Origin: Hyaloraphidium curvatum SAG 235-1
Taxonomy: Eukaryota > Fungi > Monoblepharomycota
Direction of reading: 5' to 3'
Assembly: GCA_025558095.1 (NCBI GenBank)
Contig: JAIVFI010000030.1
Span: 186,001-250,000 of the forward strand
Length of the DNA: 64,000 nucleotides
Made by a program: the position numbers and the translations under genes. How positions within the stretch are numbered: the stretch's first letter is position 1; each line of letters starts with the position of its first letter. The notes beneath the pieces were generated by a model. It had not been told where the DNA came from. It ran no database searches and saw only the letters and a program-made list of their open reading frames with translations. Positions 51,292 to 64,000 of this stretch are shown piece after piece.

Positions 51292-54200
51292 ATGTCGGCA
51301 AAGGCTACGAGTACATCGGCTGTCCATCAAGGAAATGCTACGGCCTGTGTGAGCTCGCCCGACGGCAAGTGAGCGGTCCCGGCGATGGTCCGCAGCCGGG
51401 AACGTCTCGAGCGTTCCCCCCACAAGACATGTGGTCACCGCGGGCCGCGACGGCTTCATCAAGATCCACGATCCGAAAAGCGCGGGCTCGGCGCCCAAAA
51501 TCATCACCTACGGAGGCCCGGTTACGTGTCTGGACGTTTCGGTTGGAGATCCGCGCCCAAGGATCCGTCTCGATTCTGACTTGGTGCGTGGAAGCGCGAC
51601 CACATCGCCGTCGGCGGGGACGACTCCAAGGTCGCATTGCTGGAATACCCCTCGGGCAAGGTGGTCAAGACCTTGGTGCACTTCACCTTGCCCATCCGGG
51701 CGGTCGCTTTCAGCCCCGACGGCAAGCATGTCGCGGTCGCGTCCGAGTAGGTCGACCGAGCCATTTCATCCTGACCATCTCATAACGGCGCTTTATACGA
51801 CCGGTGCCAGCGAGCCCACCATTCGCGTGGTGTCGGTGGACGACATCTCTGATCTGCGCGTCTTCAAGGGCCACGCGAAATCCGTGAGATCAGTGGCATT
51901 CGATCCGCGCGGCGACTTTCTCGCGTCGAGCTCCATCGACGGAAGTGTGCGCATCTGGGATCTGCGCGACGCTTCGGACAATCCCTGCGTGAAGGAGCTG
52001 AAGGGTGTGCTCGCACCGTCGGACGTGGACTCGCTGGATCGTTGCAGCGTGCATTGGGCGCACGACGGGAAGAAGTTTGCGTTTCCGGGGCGAAAAGGTT
52101 CGGTTGAGCAAGGGCCAGCGTTCGCGTGGGAGCTGACGGCCTGGATCAGACGTCATGGTGGTCGAGAACGAGACGTGGCTCACGCTCTACACGGTCTCGG
52201 GAAGTCACTCCGGTCCCGTGGACATCGTGGCCTGGAATCCGAATGGGCACCATCTCGCGACGATCGACAAAAGCAGCGACTGTCAGGTGCTCGTGTGGGA
52301 TACGAGACAAAAGGCGGTCGTTGCCAAGGTTGCTGCAAAGCACCGCGTCCTTGGTTTTGCGTGGGACTCGACGGGGCAATCTGCGACTTTCGTGAGACCT
52401 TTCGCGGCAGCAGTCTAGCTCTGTTCCGACATCGCTTCACCGGCAGGTCGACGTCGAGGGCACAATGACGACCTGGAAAAGCGTCCTCTCCAAGGACCGC
52501 GGCGACGGGGCTCAGGTCAAAGCCAAGGCATCCGAAGCTCCGGCCTTGAAGTCACTGTTTGACGATGAAGTGAAGGAGTCCGTGGGAAATGGCCGCAGCG
52601 GCAAGCGCATTCGAGGCCTGGATTCGGACGACGACGGGGACAGCGAATCTGAGGAGGGGTCCAAGGATGCCGTGCTCTCGGACGAAGACGGGGTCGGAGA
52701 TGGCTTTGTTGTGGACGACGACGGTGCGGGTTACGCCGAGTACGGGATCGACATCCCCAAGAAGGCGATGGCATCGCGCGCTAGGGGGCCGCGGAATCGT
52801 TTTGCGGACACCGATTTCGCGTTGCCCGGAGCCGCTGTGGTTCAGACCTCCTACCAAAAACCGTTTCAACCCGGCGCAACCCCAATGAAACCGGGCAAAA
52901 CCACGCGTTACCTCGGTAAGCATCCTCATCGTGTTCACCTTCGTCGGTCTCCCGACCGTTTGCTGCCCAGCCTTCAACCTCACCGGCCTGATCTACACCA
53001 TCGATCAGTCGACGCACTCGACTGTCCACGTCGAGTTCCACGACCGGTCGGCACAAAGGCCGTTCTCCTTCACGGACCACTACAACTACACCCTTGCGAC
53101 GCTCGGCGATCGCGGTGCATTGTTCGCATGCGAATCGGCCCTCGGATCGCCGAGCAGGATATTCTACCATCCGTTCGAAAGCTGGGCGACCAAGTCCGAT
53201 TGGCAGGCTGAGCTATCTACAGAAGAAAACGTCAAAGGTTGGCAAGCAGTGTTGGTGCGGCATGCGGCTGATCGGTTCTGAGCAGCGATCGCGCTGTCTA
53301 CGCGAGGCGCCCACGTTGCAACGGATCGCCACTATCTGCGCAGCTTTTCCTACGCTGGTGTACAGACCCATGTGATGTGTCTTCCCGGTCCGATTGTCTG
53401 CCTCTGCGCAGGCGCCGACGACACGCTTCTGGTCGTGTTCACCGCCGGCACCGGGGTTGCAAGGACGCACAATCTGGGCTACATGCTCTACGACGTCTCG
53501 GACATGACGTGTTTGCGCAAGGACTCTCTCCCCGTCAGTCCGGGGGCCGATCTGCAGTGGGTTGGCTATTCTGAAACCGGGGTATGCGTCGGCCGGTCTC
53601 CGTGCGGTGATCTCTTTTTGACTCGTGTTTTCAATCAGAACGTGTCCACATATGATTCGACCGGCATACTGCGGATGCTCATGCCGCATTCGGATTTCAT
53701 TTGGGTCCCCATGCTGGATACCCGGGCCGCCAAGGGCGACAAGGTCGAGAGCTACTGGGCAGTGGGGCTAACAGCCACCGAGTTCATGTGCGTCATTGTC
53801 AAGGTGTGCCTTTCGCTGCCGTGTTCTGTTGCTGCAACTCAACAGCCTGTCCTCAGGGGGCAGGGGATCCGTTCCCTACCTATCCGAACAGACTCATTTC
53901 GCAGCTCCCGCTGCAGGCACCGCTCCTGCATCTCAGCACCCCTAGCGGTGCCATGGAAGAGGATTACTTCCGTCGAAAACTGCACGCGGCACATCTGAAG
54001 GGCACTGCCGCGGCACAGGGGACTTTGGAAGACCGTGAGGCGGAACTGCTTCTGGCGGAAAAGGAGATGGACAAGCTGCTGCTGAAGCTGATCCAGGCGG
54101 CCGTGAAGGCCGAGAAGCTACAGCGCGCGCTGGACTTGACCACGCAGCTCAATCTCCCGAGATCCGTTGACGGTGCCGTGAAGATTGCCATTAGCGACCA

Positions 54201-54946
54201 CTTTCCTGGATTGGCCGAGCGCATGAACCTCATCAAGGAGGCGAAAATGATCCGCAGCCAAGCCGAAGAGGAGCAGAAGCTTGCCATGCTGCAGGATGGG
54301 CGCCACGTCAGAAGCCGCCCCGATGTCTATCTTTCGCATGCTTCCCCGGACCGACCCCAGGCTCGGATCAGGGACGATCATTTGGAAGCCGCTCTCTTCG
54401 CGGACGACCATCAGTCCCGCCCTTTTCAGGACCCTCATCCTCAACAGCGAGAGCCGGAGGAAGTTCGGCCCGCTGCGCGAAAGCATGAGCCTGCGGGTTG
54501 GTTCGGACGGGCGCCCCGATCACCCATAACCTGACGTTACGTTGCACAGAGCGGCCGACAAAGAAACCCTCCAACCCCGTGGAACGGCCGAAGCAGACTT
54601 TCAACCCTTTCGCAGTGGCTTCGGAGCGAGCTGCCGACTCCCAATCAACAGGCGCATCTAACTTGCTGAACGCGATGGACGAGTCGGAGCGCCAGAAAGC
54701 CGGCAAGGGTTCGTGCGTTGCCGTAATCGTCGATCGCCTCTGATCGTTCGCACAGACGATGCCACAGCGCGCAAGCGGAAGTCGCAAAAGATGGGCGATC
54801 AGCCGGGGAAGGGAAACGAGAATGTTCCCGACCCGAAGAACAAGAAACCCAAGACAATCGACCAGATGTTTGGGTTCAAGCCGAGTAGCCAGAAAACGGA
54901 GGCAGAGACTGCTGATGGGGATGAGGCACCAGAGAAGCCCACATAG
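51292..54946 (+). CDS. CTF4: Replisome hub Ctf4/AND-1/Mcl1 (WD40 + SepB domain), multi-exon
   Basis: N-terminal WD40s (GHAKSVRSVAFDP); QKPFQPGATP..RYLAFNLTG..VHVEFHD; WVPMLDT..YWAVG; MDKLLLKLIQAAVKAEKLQRALDL. Confidence 0.92.
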
Positions 54947-54978
54947 GTGTGGCCCGCGGCCGTCCCCAACTTCACACA

Positions 54979-56539
54979 ATGGAAAACCTTTTCGGCAGCG
55001 ACGACGAGCGCTCGGACGCGGCAAAGTCCGAGACGGGGCGCGATGCCGACGTCCCTGCCGACGTGGTGCGATGCGCCGGGTCTAGTCGCGAGACGGGAAC
55101 TTGAGCCGGGCCTGGCATCCAGAGAACGCGTACGAGCCCCAGCAGCCCCACGAGTCCGCGGCGGGACGTCGATGGTGTTCCAAAGGACGAAGATGACGAC
55201 CGGAATCTGTTCGGCAGCGACGATGAAGAGTGTGTAGGGCGTCGGTGGGGTTGGACGCGTTTGACACCATCCTGACCAGGAGCGACGCGTCTCGGCGGGA
55301 CGACAGCGAGGACCTTCGAGAGGATGTTCAGGAGGAGGATGGGCGGGACGAGTTTGAAACGGGACACATCGCCGCGCCACCGCTGACGGTAGCGGTTCCG
55401 AACGTGGAGCTGCCAACGGACCAACAAGTGGGACATGACCGGCGATCTGGTAGCGCGGTGCCTCATCGCGTCGGTTGCAGCTCTTCTCTGCGCGGCTTCC
55501 CAATTACCTGCAAGTGGAACCGGAGCCGTTCAACGAGGCGGAGTTCCGGGAGAACTTGGCGGGCGGGGACGGCGAAGAGGACGACGAGCAGCTGCGGATC
55601 AAGCTGGAATCAACTATTCGGTGGCGATACAACAAGCAGGGATTGAAGGATGAGCAGGTCTGGCAAAGTTGCCAGATGCGGGCGACATCCGGCTGACGGG
55701 TCGTTGCAGGGCGGGGTCATCAAGGAATCCAACGCAAGGATGATCCGATGGTCCGACGGCAGCTGGTCTCTGCTCCTTGGGGACGAGATGTTTGACGTGG
55801 TTCTGTCGACGACGCAAGAAGAGTTCCAGTACCTCGTGGCGACGCACAAGTCGGAGCAACTCTTGCAAACGCAGGCTCGCTTCAAGGAGCACATGACTTT
55901 CCGGCCATCCGGCCTCCAGAGCTCTATTCACAAAAAGCTGACGGCGTCGATCGCCGCCAAGCACAAGAAGGAGGCCAAGACGCGGTTGACGGACGTGGAC
56001 ATTGATCCGGAGAAGGCGAAGGAGGAAGCCGAGAAGGTTTGCCCGAGGTCCCCGCTCGATGGCCACTTACGATCGAGTCGTCTCCTAGCTCGAGATGGAG
56101 CTGCGCAAGACGAATCGCAAGCTACAGCAGCGACGGAGGAACTACAACAGAAGCCTCCGGACCGGGGATCTTGACGACGATTCGGATGATGATGCTTACG
56201 CTGCCGGGAACCGGAACATTGCCCGCAACCTGTCGCAGGACGCCGTGGAGGAGGATGACGAAGACGACGGTTTGTGTGCCCTGACTCATCGAGGTGTGCC
56301 TTCTCACGAAATCGCGTCCAGATTCCTTCATTGAAGATGATGAAGAGGAGGAGACGCGCGAGCGCGAGCGCGATCAGAGGCTTCTGAAGGTGAAGCGCGG
56401 CGTGGACGATCGACCCAAAGCGAAAAGCACGGCCAGCATGGTGAAGGAGCTGGACGCCTCGTCGGGGTCGGACTCGGACGACATCGGTCGCCAGAGGAAG
56501 AAACGGCGGACAGTGTTGAGCGATAGTGATGACGAGTGA
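54979..56539 (+). CDS. LEO1: PAF1 complex subunit Leo1, multi-exon
   Basis: Repeated NLFGSDDE; RLPNYLQVEPEPF; LESTIRWR; ESNARMIRWSDGSWSLLLGDEMFD; FRPSGLQSSIHKKLT. Confidence 0.93.
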
Positions 56540-56922
56540 TGAGTTTTGCCCCTACGCCCCTTGCGTCCTGCACTGAAATGAAATGGTGATCGGGCGGGGG
56601 AAGTGGCGGATGGGGGACCCCGGCACTCGCCGACGGATCAGGCACCCCAGCGCAAGCGCTGCTGGGTCCTCCGCAAGCATTGTCCCACGAGATGTCCCGG
56701 TGTGCATTGGCCATCATGCTTGTCCTTTTCGTGCTCTTGACATGCCGGCGCTCCTTTCCGCGTACGATGGCCCCGCTCCCGCCGTCTCGCGCTGGAACCC
56801 CAACTCTGCCGCCGCGTCCTGCCCGCTCGAATTGGCTCCTTTGCTCGCTAGTAACCGGACAAATGAGTTGCAGGTAGCTTGAGGGGACACTGCCTTGCAA
56901 AGCGGCGGACGCTCAACTGAGG

Positions 56923-58230
56923 ATGTCCGCTTCACAGGCCGCCTCGGCAGCGTCAAGCGACCCCGCCATTGCGGAGACGGCGGTGGAACTGACCCCGCAG
57001 GCAACGTCGCCGGCAGCTGCCGAGTTCTTACAAGAGGTACGGGCCGTTGAAGAGCGGCAAATGCCGCCTCGTGCTCAGACCCCTCGGACAGATAGACGCT
57101 TTAAAGTCTGGAATCGACCAAATCCGGGCATACATCGGGAACTTGGAGCAGTGCCATGCTAGCTCGCTGACTAATGTCAGCACAGACGAGGCCAACCGTT
57201 GGGTGAAACACGTGGGCCACCGGAGCTCTGGCTCATGGGCGCTGCAGGGAACCACCAGATGATCGACGCGCTTACGAATGAAATCAACCGGGGGCTGCAG
57301 TATGTCCAGGTTCGCTTGAAAAGTGGGTGGCACAGCTGTTGGTCTCGAGGCGAGGCTTATCGTCGTCTGGGCAGCTCTTGACCAGGTCACCAAGAATATG
57401 CCGAAGACTCCGGAGTATTCGATGAGGAAATCGCAGCAAAGCGCGGTGGCCAAGAAGCTCACCGAGGTCGCACGCTACTACAACGAAGTTCAGTCGAAGT
57501 ATAAGCAGAAGTACCGCGAGCGCATGGAACGGCAGTACCGGATTGGTGAGACTGGTTGTGCCCGCCACGGTTGCTTTTTGTGATCGACCGGCCATCGCAG
57601 TGCGACCCGAAGCGACTCCGGAACAAATCGAAACCGCCCTGGACCAGGACATGTCGCAGATATTCTCCCAGGATGTGAGCCCATTGTCTCCTGGAGATGT
57701 GTTTCGTCGGCTCATGGCACCGGCAGATCCTTACTTCTAAAGTTTCGGACGCGACATCTGCTCTGCAGGAAGCAAAAGTCAGGCACGATGACATACAGAA
57801 GATTGAGCAGTCCATCGAGGTGCTTTCGCGAAAGCCTCGCGGTTGTCATGCTCCGCTGACCAGCACGTCTTAGGAACTCGTCCAATTGTTTCAAGACATG
57901 TCGCTCCTGCTCGACACCCAGCAGGAGATGGTCAACACGATCGAAGCGCAGGTCGAAAACACGGCGCAGTATGTGGAGGAGGGCTCCAAACAGGTCGAGC
58001 AGGCGATCGAGTACCGCAAGAAGTCGCGTCGGGTGAGTGACCAGGCCTTGGCTTCTCAAGATAACACAGGTTGACAACGAAATAACAGCGATGGTGGTGG
58101 ATTTGCGGCTGCGTCGTCGTTCTCGTCATTGTGTGAGTGTTGCAGTTCTCCGCCTCCATGTTCATGCGCTGACGTGGTCCCTCTTTTCAGCCTTGCCCTT
58201 GTGTTATACTTCACGATCGCGAAACGATAA
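56923..58230 (+). CDS. Plasma-membrane syntaxin (Sso1/2-like Qa-SNARE), multi-exon; start uncertain
   Basis: Habc region YKQKYRERMERQYRI|VRPEATPEQIE; SNARE motif EAKVRHDDIQKIEQSI|ELVQLFQDMSLL..QQEMVNTIE; C-terminal TM WWWICGCVVVLVIV|LALVLYF. Confidence 0.9.
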
Positions 58231-58408
58231 GGTGTCGCTGCGGACAACAGGCGGCCCATCCAGGCCCCCATGCACGGTTATCCTTAATTCGTCGTGGAGT
58301 TCCAATTCGTCGTGGAGTTCGGTCTGCGGTGTGGGCTGGACCCAAGAAGGCTCGGCGTGCGTGAATCGTTGTGTAATTAATGCTCGTACTTTGTCGCGAA
58401 TTGAGCAT

Positions 58409-60110
58409 CTAGATCTTGAGCGAAGTCGTGAACATGACACGGTACATCTCGTGGTCCTTGCTGCCCCGGTAGCTAGCTTCGGACACCGGCTTCAGCAGCT
58501 CGCTCTCGATCAGTTGCTCAAAGACCTGCATCAACCCGTCAAGAGCCTGGCACGCCGAGCTTGTCCGAGTTGCCCCCACCTTTCGCACCGCATTCTTGCG
58601 CTGCAAGATATGCCCGCTCGATCCGCCGGGGCCGGATGCGCGCTTCGTCGCCCGGTATTCGTCGTATACCATGGCAAAGTTCACCAAGCTGGAACGGTCG
58701 CGGACGGCCAAAATAGCGTCCGTTACGGGCACCGCCAACGGAGGTAGCGCTGCAAGGGGCGATCGTAAACAGAAGTTGACAAGACACGCTCAAGCAATGC
58801 CCACTCTTTACTACACGAGCTTTCGAGTCGCGGAACTGCGATCTGAGGACGCGACTCAAGGCAGTGGCAAATTGACGGTCGTTCAAACGGCGAAGCTCCG
58901 CACTCGAGTATGCCTGCAACGCAACACGTCGTCAGCTTGCCGTCTACCCGCGACGGTGAACGGTCCCTCACAAGGGCAACATGCAGGTGCCGCACGTTGT
59001 TTGCATTTTCGTGAGCGGTCCGCAGCACCTTGGCACACTCCTTGCGCTGCAGTGTTGTCTTTTCCCTTGGTGAGCCGAAGGCCACAACGGGTGCAGGCAT
59101 TGGGGGTCACCACCTTGACTACTCCAGTGATCTGTCCCTCGCCATCACCAAAGTCCAGCGAAGACGCCTTTTCGAGAAACGCTTCCAGAGAAGGGCTGGC
59201 ATGGATGTGTAGGAAGCGGTGATTGAACCGCGATTTGACCCGCTTCTCCAACAGCTCCATGACGTCCTAAACACCCGGGTAGGAACGCCAAGCGTGACTG
59301 ATGGGCATTCCTTGCCCGTGCCGCACACACCAGTTGGGTAGCCATTCCTACGACGATGATGGGATTCTTGCTCGACTGCGCCGTGTCAAACAGGTTGTAG
59401 AGAAGGGTCTGGCGGGGTTGCTGCGTGAAAACTTCGAACTCTTCCAGGGTGATCACTATCGGGAGCGACTCGGTCGATCCGCGACTGAAGATGCCCAGCA
59501 AGTTCTCGAAAGCTTCGGCGAAGGATCCCTGAAGAACGGGGCCATCAAGAGAAGAACCAATAACATGCGGAGACGTCCGGCCCGCACAAAGCTGGTGTCC
59601 TCGACGTGCTGGTCCAACATGAGCTGCCGCATGATTTCCCGCAACGCAAGCTTGTCGTCCGAGTGAACGAGGCCGTTCAGCTTCACTGTGGCGAACTTCC
59701 TGTTCTCCCCCGCATCGAGGTCGGCGCTGACGTCTCTGAGCACCCTCTTGAGGAGCTTGGCGGGACCGCGTCCAGAATTGTCCAAAGGCGAGGTTCGCAA
59801 CCGCCTACCATGGACTTGCCGGCCCCCCTCGGGCCCATAAGGAGGATCGAGTTGCCGTGCCCGAAACGAACCGTATCCTCGACCACGTTCCGCAGCTGAC
59901 TGCGAAAGAGAATTGCGCTGTTGAGATGGCGTATCCGGGCGAGAAGGTTGATGAGGAAGCCCACGCGTACTCCTTGGATTCGCGAGCTCCGCTGGACGCG
60001 TGTCCCGAAGGGCTGCCGGCATCGGCCCTAGCCGACGCGTGCTCCACCAAGCGAGGCTGGAGCTCGAAGGCAACGGCCGCACTGCGCTTCTTCCCGCGGC
60101 CCTCTGCCAT
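58409..60110 (-). CDS. ORC4: Origin recognition complex subunit 4, multi-exon
   Basis: GHGNSILLMGPRGAGKS, VKLNGLVHSDDKLALREI, EEFEVFTQQPRQTLLYNLFD, ELLEKRVKSRFNHR, NFAMVYDEY. Confidence 0.93.
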
Positions 60111-60216
60111 TGAAGAATTTGGACGAGTGCGAAGGATGGCACTGATGATCACCAATCAACCATACATTTGCTTCCACCGACGCCGCGTTCTCCCGTAGCT
60201 GCGCCGGAGCCGCACG

Positions 60217-60814
60217 ATGGTGGTGGGTAGTCAATCATTCCGGAGGCGCTTTCGCCTCCGGCCAGGAGTCCAGCGACTCACCCGGCACTAGAAACTGGAG
60301 GAGCTCAGTGGCGACGTGGAGGTCGTGGAGGACGGCGCGGATCTGAACGACTCCGAGTACGAAACCGAGGAAGAAGCAGAGGAGGAAGAGCTTGCCGCTC
60401 CCGAGAACGAGGTCGGGCTTGCGTCAGGCCGTCCGGGACCAGCGTGGCTGACGGCACCTCCGGATCGTTTCGCCTGGACTAGACCCTCCTTGAGCGGATC
60501 TATGCACTCGCGGACATCATTCCTCCCGCACGGAGAGCAGACATCGCGAAAACTTCCGCCAAAGTCTACGAGACCGGCTTGACTGTGGCCAAGTTCGTCG
60601 GGAGCGCCACGTGGATCATCGTTACCGGGGCCATTCTCCTCGTGCTGCCAGTAATGCTCGAAGTGGAGAAGGAGCAGGCCGTCATCGCTCAAGAGAACCA
60701 GATGAAGCTGTCGCAGCAGCAAGTGAGCGCGCAACAGGTGTGTGCATCGGGCTCGCGACCAGTTTCCCGCGGCCAACAATCGCGCAGCTGCTGCAGCCGG
60801 GACCGTCCTCGTAG
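60217..60814 (+). CDS. TOM22: Mitochondrial import receptor Tom22, multi-exon
   Basis: Acidic N-terminus; ETLLERIYALADIIPP; TWIIVTGAILLVLPVMLEVEKEQ. Confidence 0.92.
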
Positions 60815-60892
60815 CTGGCACCGCTGTGACTCTACGTCGGAGCGCGAACGGACACTGACTTTGGCGGCGATTCGATGTTGCTCGTCTTTGTC

Positions 60893-63800
60893 TCAACCAA
60901 TACATGTGTAATGCACCAAGCCGGCCGCTGTTCGTATGAAGCCCGCGCTTCCGAGCTTCTTGCTGCACCTCGGGCACAGGCGCTCTCCCGTCACGCTCAC
61001 GCGTTCCTTCATGACGTCGATGTGCTCCTGGCGCACCTAGGATTTCGGAAAAATGCGTCAGCCAATGCACGTCGGCGGTGCGCGCTGGGACTTGCCTGCA
61101 TGAGTTCCGCTTCCGAGAGCCTGCCCACGAGCTGCACGACGCGACCCTCCATGACAACTTCCTGCAGGGATTTCTCCCAAAAGTCTGAAGTCTTTGCCAG
61201 CGCCGTTTTCGCTGGAAGTCTTGCCGTGACTCCCTCTGGATCAAGATAAGATCCATAGGCCTGCAGCAAAGCGAGCGCCCGGTCTTGGTTACCCGATTCC
61301 ATGTAGAGATCCAGGAGGTCGAGGAAGATGCTCTTAGCACCCGGCTTTCCGTGCATATCCAAGCAGTATCTGTGGCCTTGCTTCACCATGGCGGTTTCGG
61401 TTCAGCTCGTGGTATGACTCACTCTTCCGCCGAGGCCCACGAGCTGCCTCCCTTCAGGTAAGTCGAAAGCGCCTCTCTATGGAGGCCCAGATGCGATAGG
61501 AGGAGCGCTCGAATGTCGTAAGCATCTTGAGGGAGAATGAGCATCAAAGGAGCTCCTGTGGTTCCCGAATGGTCGGCAGGCGGCCCACCTTCCGGGCACA
61601 TCGCAAGGAGGGCTTCCGCATTGTAAGACGCAGACTCCCGGAGGAAGCGGCGGAGACGAAGACCATCTGCCAAAGAAGCGTTACGAAAAGGTGACAAAAA
61701 GAGAGGCCGAGTTCACCTTCACTCCCCTCCGAAAGCAAAGAAGCACCGAGGTACTCTTCTGCCAGTTTGTCGTGGAATGCGGGGGTTGCATCGCCGAGCA
61801 CAAAAACGAGAAACTCCAGGTAGCCGGTGCACAGCTCCGCTGAGACTCCGTCAAGGAACACTGCGATTGCATATCTGTCGGTGCTCTTGCCGTTGAGTTG
61901 CCGATCGCAGAAGAGCTAGGCGGGGTTGTACTTGGTTTGGGCTTGCCGCACGGCGGAACCGGAATCCTACCTTCAAAGATTCGGTAGGCCGGGAAACCAG
62001 AGGCTCGAGCGCGTATTCAAACACGATCTCGAGGTTCGTGGAGTAGAGTCGGCCAAGATAGCCAATGATGAAGTCCAATCTCTCGTCCGGACCTAATGGC
62101 ATTCTGCGATTCGCCGATGACCCGATCAAGCCAATGTGCGAGCAATCTACGCCAAACCATCCACCTTTGCAGATAGTCCATAGCTGCACGGTGCATGCCG
62201 CGGGAGTAGAAGTAGTCCAAAACGGCACCGTACATCTGCGGAAAGCTGAACCCAAGGCAGCTCAACCAGCACAGAAGACCAACCTTTCGAGGAGACAGGA
62301 ACGCCTCGACGAAACTAGAACTGCAAGAATTCTTCGTCCTCAAAAGCTGTGCTGCCATTGCAAGGTCGGTAACAGCATAGATCCTGACAAGCGATTCATC
62401 CACAAGCTGAGCTTCCTTGCCTGCATCGCCCGGCCCGTCGGCGGAAGCAGTTGCACTGCTCAACAGGCGCGCGACTCGGCGATCGGTTAGGAAACGGCAC
62501 AACGCCGCAAGCGCCGATCGATCATCATTCGTGAGATCTGATGACGCCAAATGAGTAACGATGCGTAGGACGGAGAGCGTACTCACCAGAGACAAGGCCG
62601 GCGTCTTCGAGCTGCGGATAGAGTTGCAAAACCATGCCAACAGGCACGTGCAGCTCCTGAAAGAGACTCATGGCATTCTCGTAGTCGTGCTGGACCGAGA
62701 ACAAGTAGTGTGCCTGGAGCAGTCGTATCCGATGGATCTCTGCGTCCTACCAAAAGACGGTCAAGTGCAATAGCGTGCGCCGATATCCAGCGCTAACCTT
62801 TCCTTGCTCCGTCATGTCGCTCCGTTGAAGCAGATCAGCTGCTTCTTCGTAGCTGTGCCGTGAAGTGAGTGCTTGCACCTACGACGGGGCGCGTTCAGCA
62901 TCGGTAATGCCGGCAAAGTGAACAACGACACACCTGCTCTTCAAGCGAAACCACTCGGACGCTGTACAGCGATCGCATGGCAAGCACGAGGAAGCCGGAC
63001 TCGGTTCCGTGCAAAGCTAAGCCGCCTTCGATGGCATCCGTCTGGAGAAGCTCCCCGTCCGCGACAGATCGCACTTCGATACGATCCTTTGCCGCCGCAG
63101 CGCAACCCATGACCGTGAAAGCTCGAAAGTCGTCAGATATCTGGAACCCGTGAACACCGCATAGTACCAACTCAAATCTCGCGGGTGACAGGTCCATCGG
63201 ATGTGAGTCTCGGGCACGGCAGCTTCCCTAGACAGCAACAGGGTCGTTTCTAGATCAATCGGGTCAAGATGGAACAGTTTCGACCTAAAATGCCGAAGCT
63301 AACCTTGCCGAGTTATGGCCAAACTCCCTGATGTCCCCATAGGCGAGAAGATCACGTCTCCGGATTGTGGAAGTGATGATGGGAGCTTGAAATACTCCAC
63401 AACATAGGTATCGGCGTTTGCCAGGGCATACTGGTCTCCGAGCCCCACGCAGAGGGTGGCACTGTCAACCCACGACAGCGAGTTTGGCAGCCCGATGATG
63501 GCGACATCCTGCGAGACCACACATGTCAACGAATGTGCTACGTTGAACGACAAGCAGTAAAACCTTGCGGGTGCGTCTGCTCTCGGCGTCGAAGACAACG
63601 ATCCTGTTCCTGACGGAGGCGTAGAGAAAGGGTCTGTTCGGGTCCAGAGCCAAAAGCTTCGTTCCGCGAAGTCCATCGGCAATGTGCACGGGTTTCAAGG
63701 AGTGGACATCGTGCAACGTCACATTGCCGTCTACAGGCTGTGTCAGGGCAACCGACTTGTCCGTTGCGACGGGGTCCACCTTGAACAACCCAAAGCGAGT

Positions 63801-64000
63801 CTGGGCCCCAGTCAGCGCGGCTAATCTGGTCGACCTTCGCCCGAACAGGGAATCGCCACGCGCATCTGAGCGCAACCGCCTCCTCGCCGTGTGAGGTGTT
63901 CAGCTCATAGTCCAGAAGGGCGCCGTCCGCAGTCCCCAAGAACACACGAGACCGAGTCCCCCCGCCATCGGGTAGAGTTGCATAGCAAAGAGCGGAGAGC
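60893..64000 (-). CDS. Vps39/Vam6 (or TGFBRAP1)-like HOPS/CORVET subunit; 5' end at or beyond window end
   Basis: CNH-like start LGVFLGTADGALLDY; GYLEFLVFVLGDATPAFHDKLAEEYL; C-terminal VSVTGERLCPRCSKKLGSAGF..VHYTC. Confidence 0.82.

Noticed and set aside
58286-58320. Tandem duplication AATTCGTCGTGGAGTTC(C) x2 between syntaxin and ORC4
   Set aside because: Only two adjacent copies with no associated structure; most likely replication slippage in a 3' UTR.

Overview
GC-rich eukaryotic genomic DNA with many short (about 45-95 nt) GT-AG introns and CTGAC/CTAAC-type branch points. The gene content suggests an early-diverging, chytrid-like fungus (inference; organism not verified). About 25 tightly packed host genes are present: TRM11 5' part, PI-PLC, ThrRS, DCAF5-like, PEX12, IVD, BUD20, UVRAG/Vps38, POLD4, RhoGAP, bL36m, IWS1/SPN1, NAA30, an F-box protein, Rsc7/Swp82-like+PHD, Tctex-type DLC, a methyltransferase, BABAM2-like, IP6K, a CH-domain protein, PEX39-like, ADAM, DHX35, CTF4, LEO1, syntaxin, ORC4, TOM22 and VPS39-like. 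The stand-out locus is about 640-4980. Two predicted introns join three reading segments that the ORF track reports separately or misses. The product is one unusually large (~1250-1350 aa) Fanzor1/TnpB-like RuvC + Zn-finger protein, with Asn at the position aligned to the third catalytic Asp. A strongly structured non-coding segment follows (candidate omega-RNA), and no transposase or terminal repeats are visible. All family calls come from motif recognition by eye; no searches were run.
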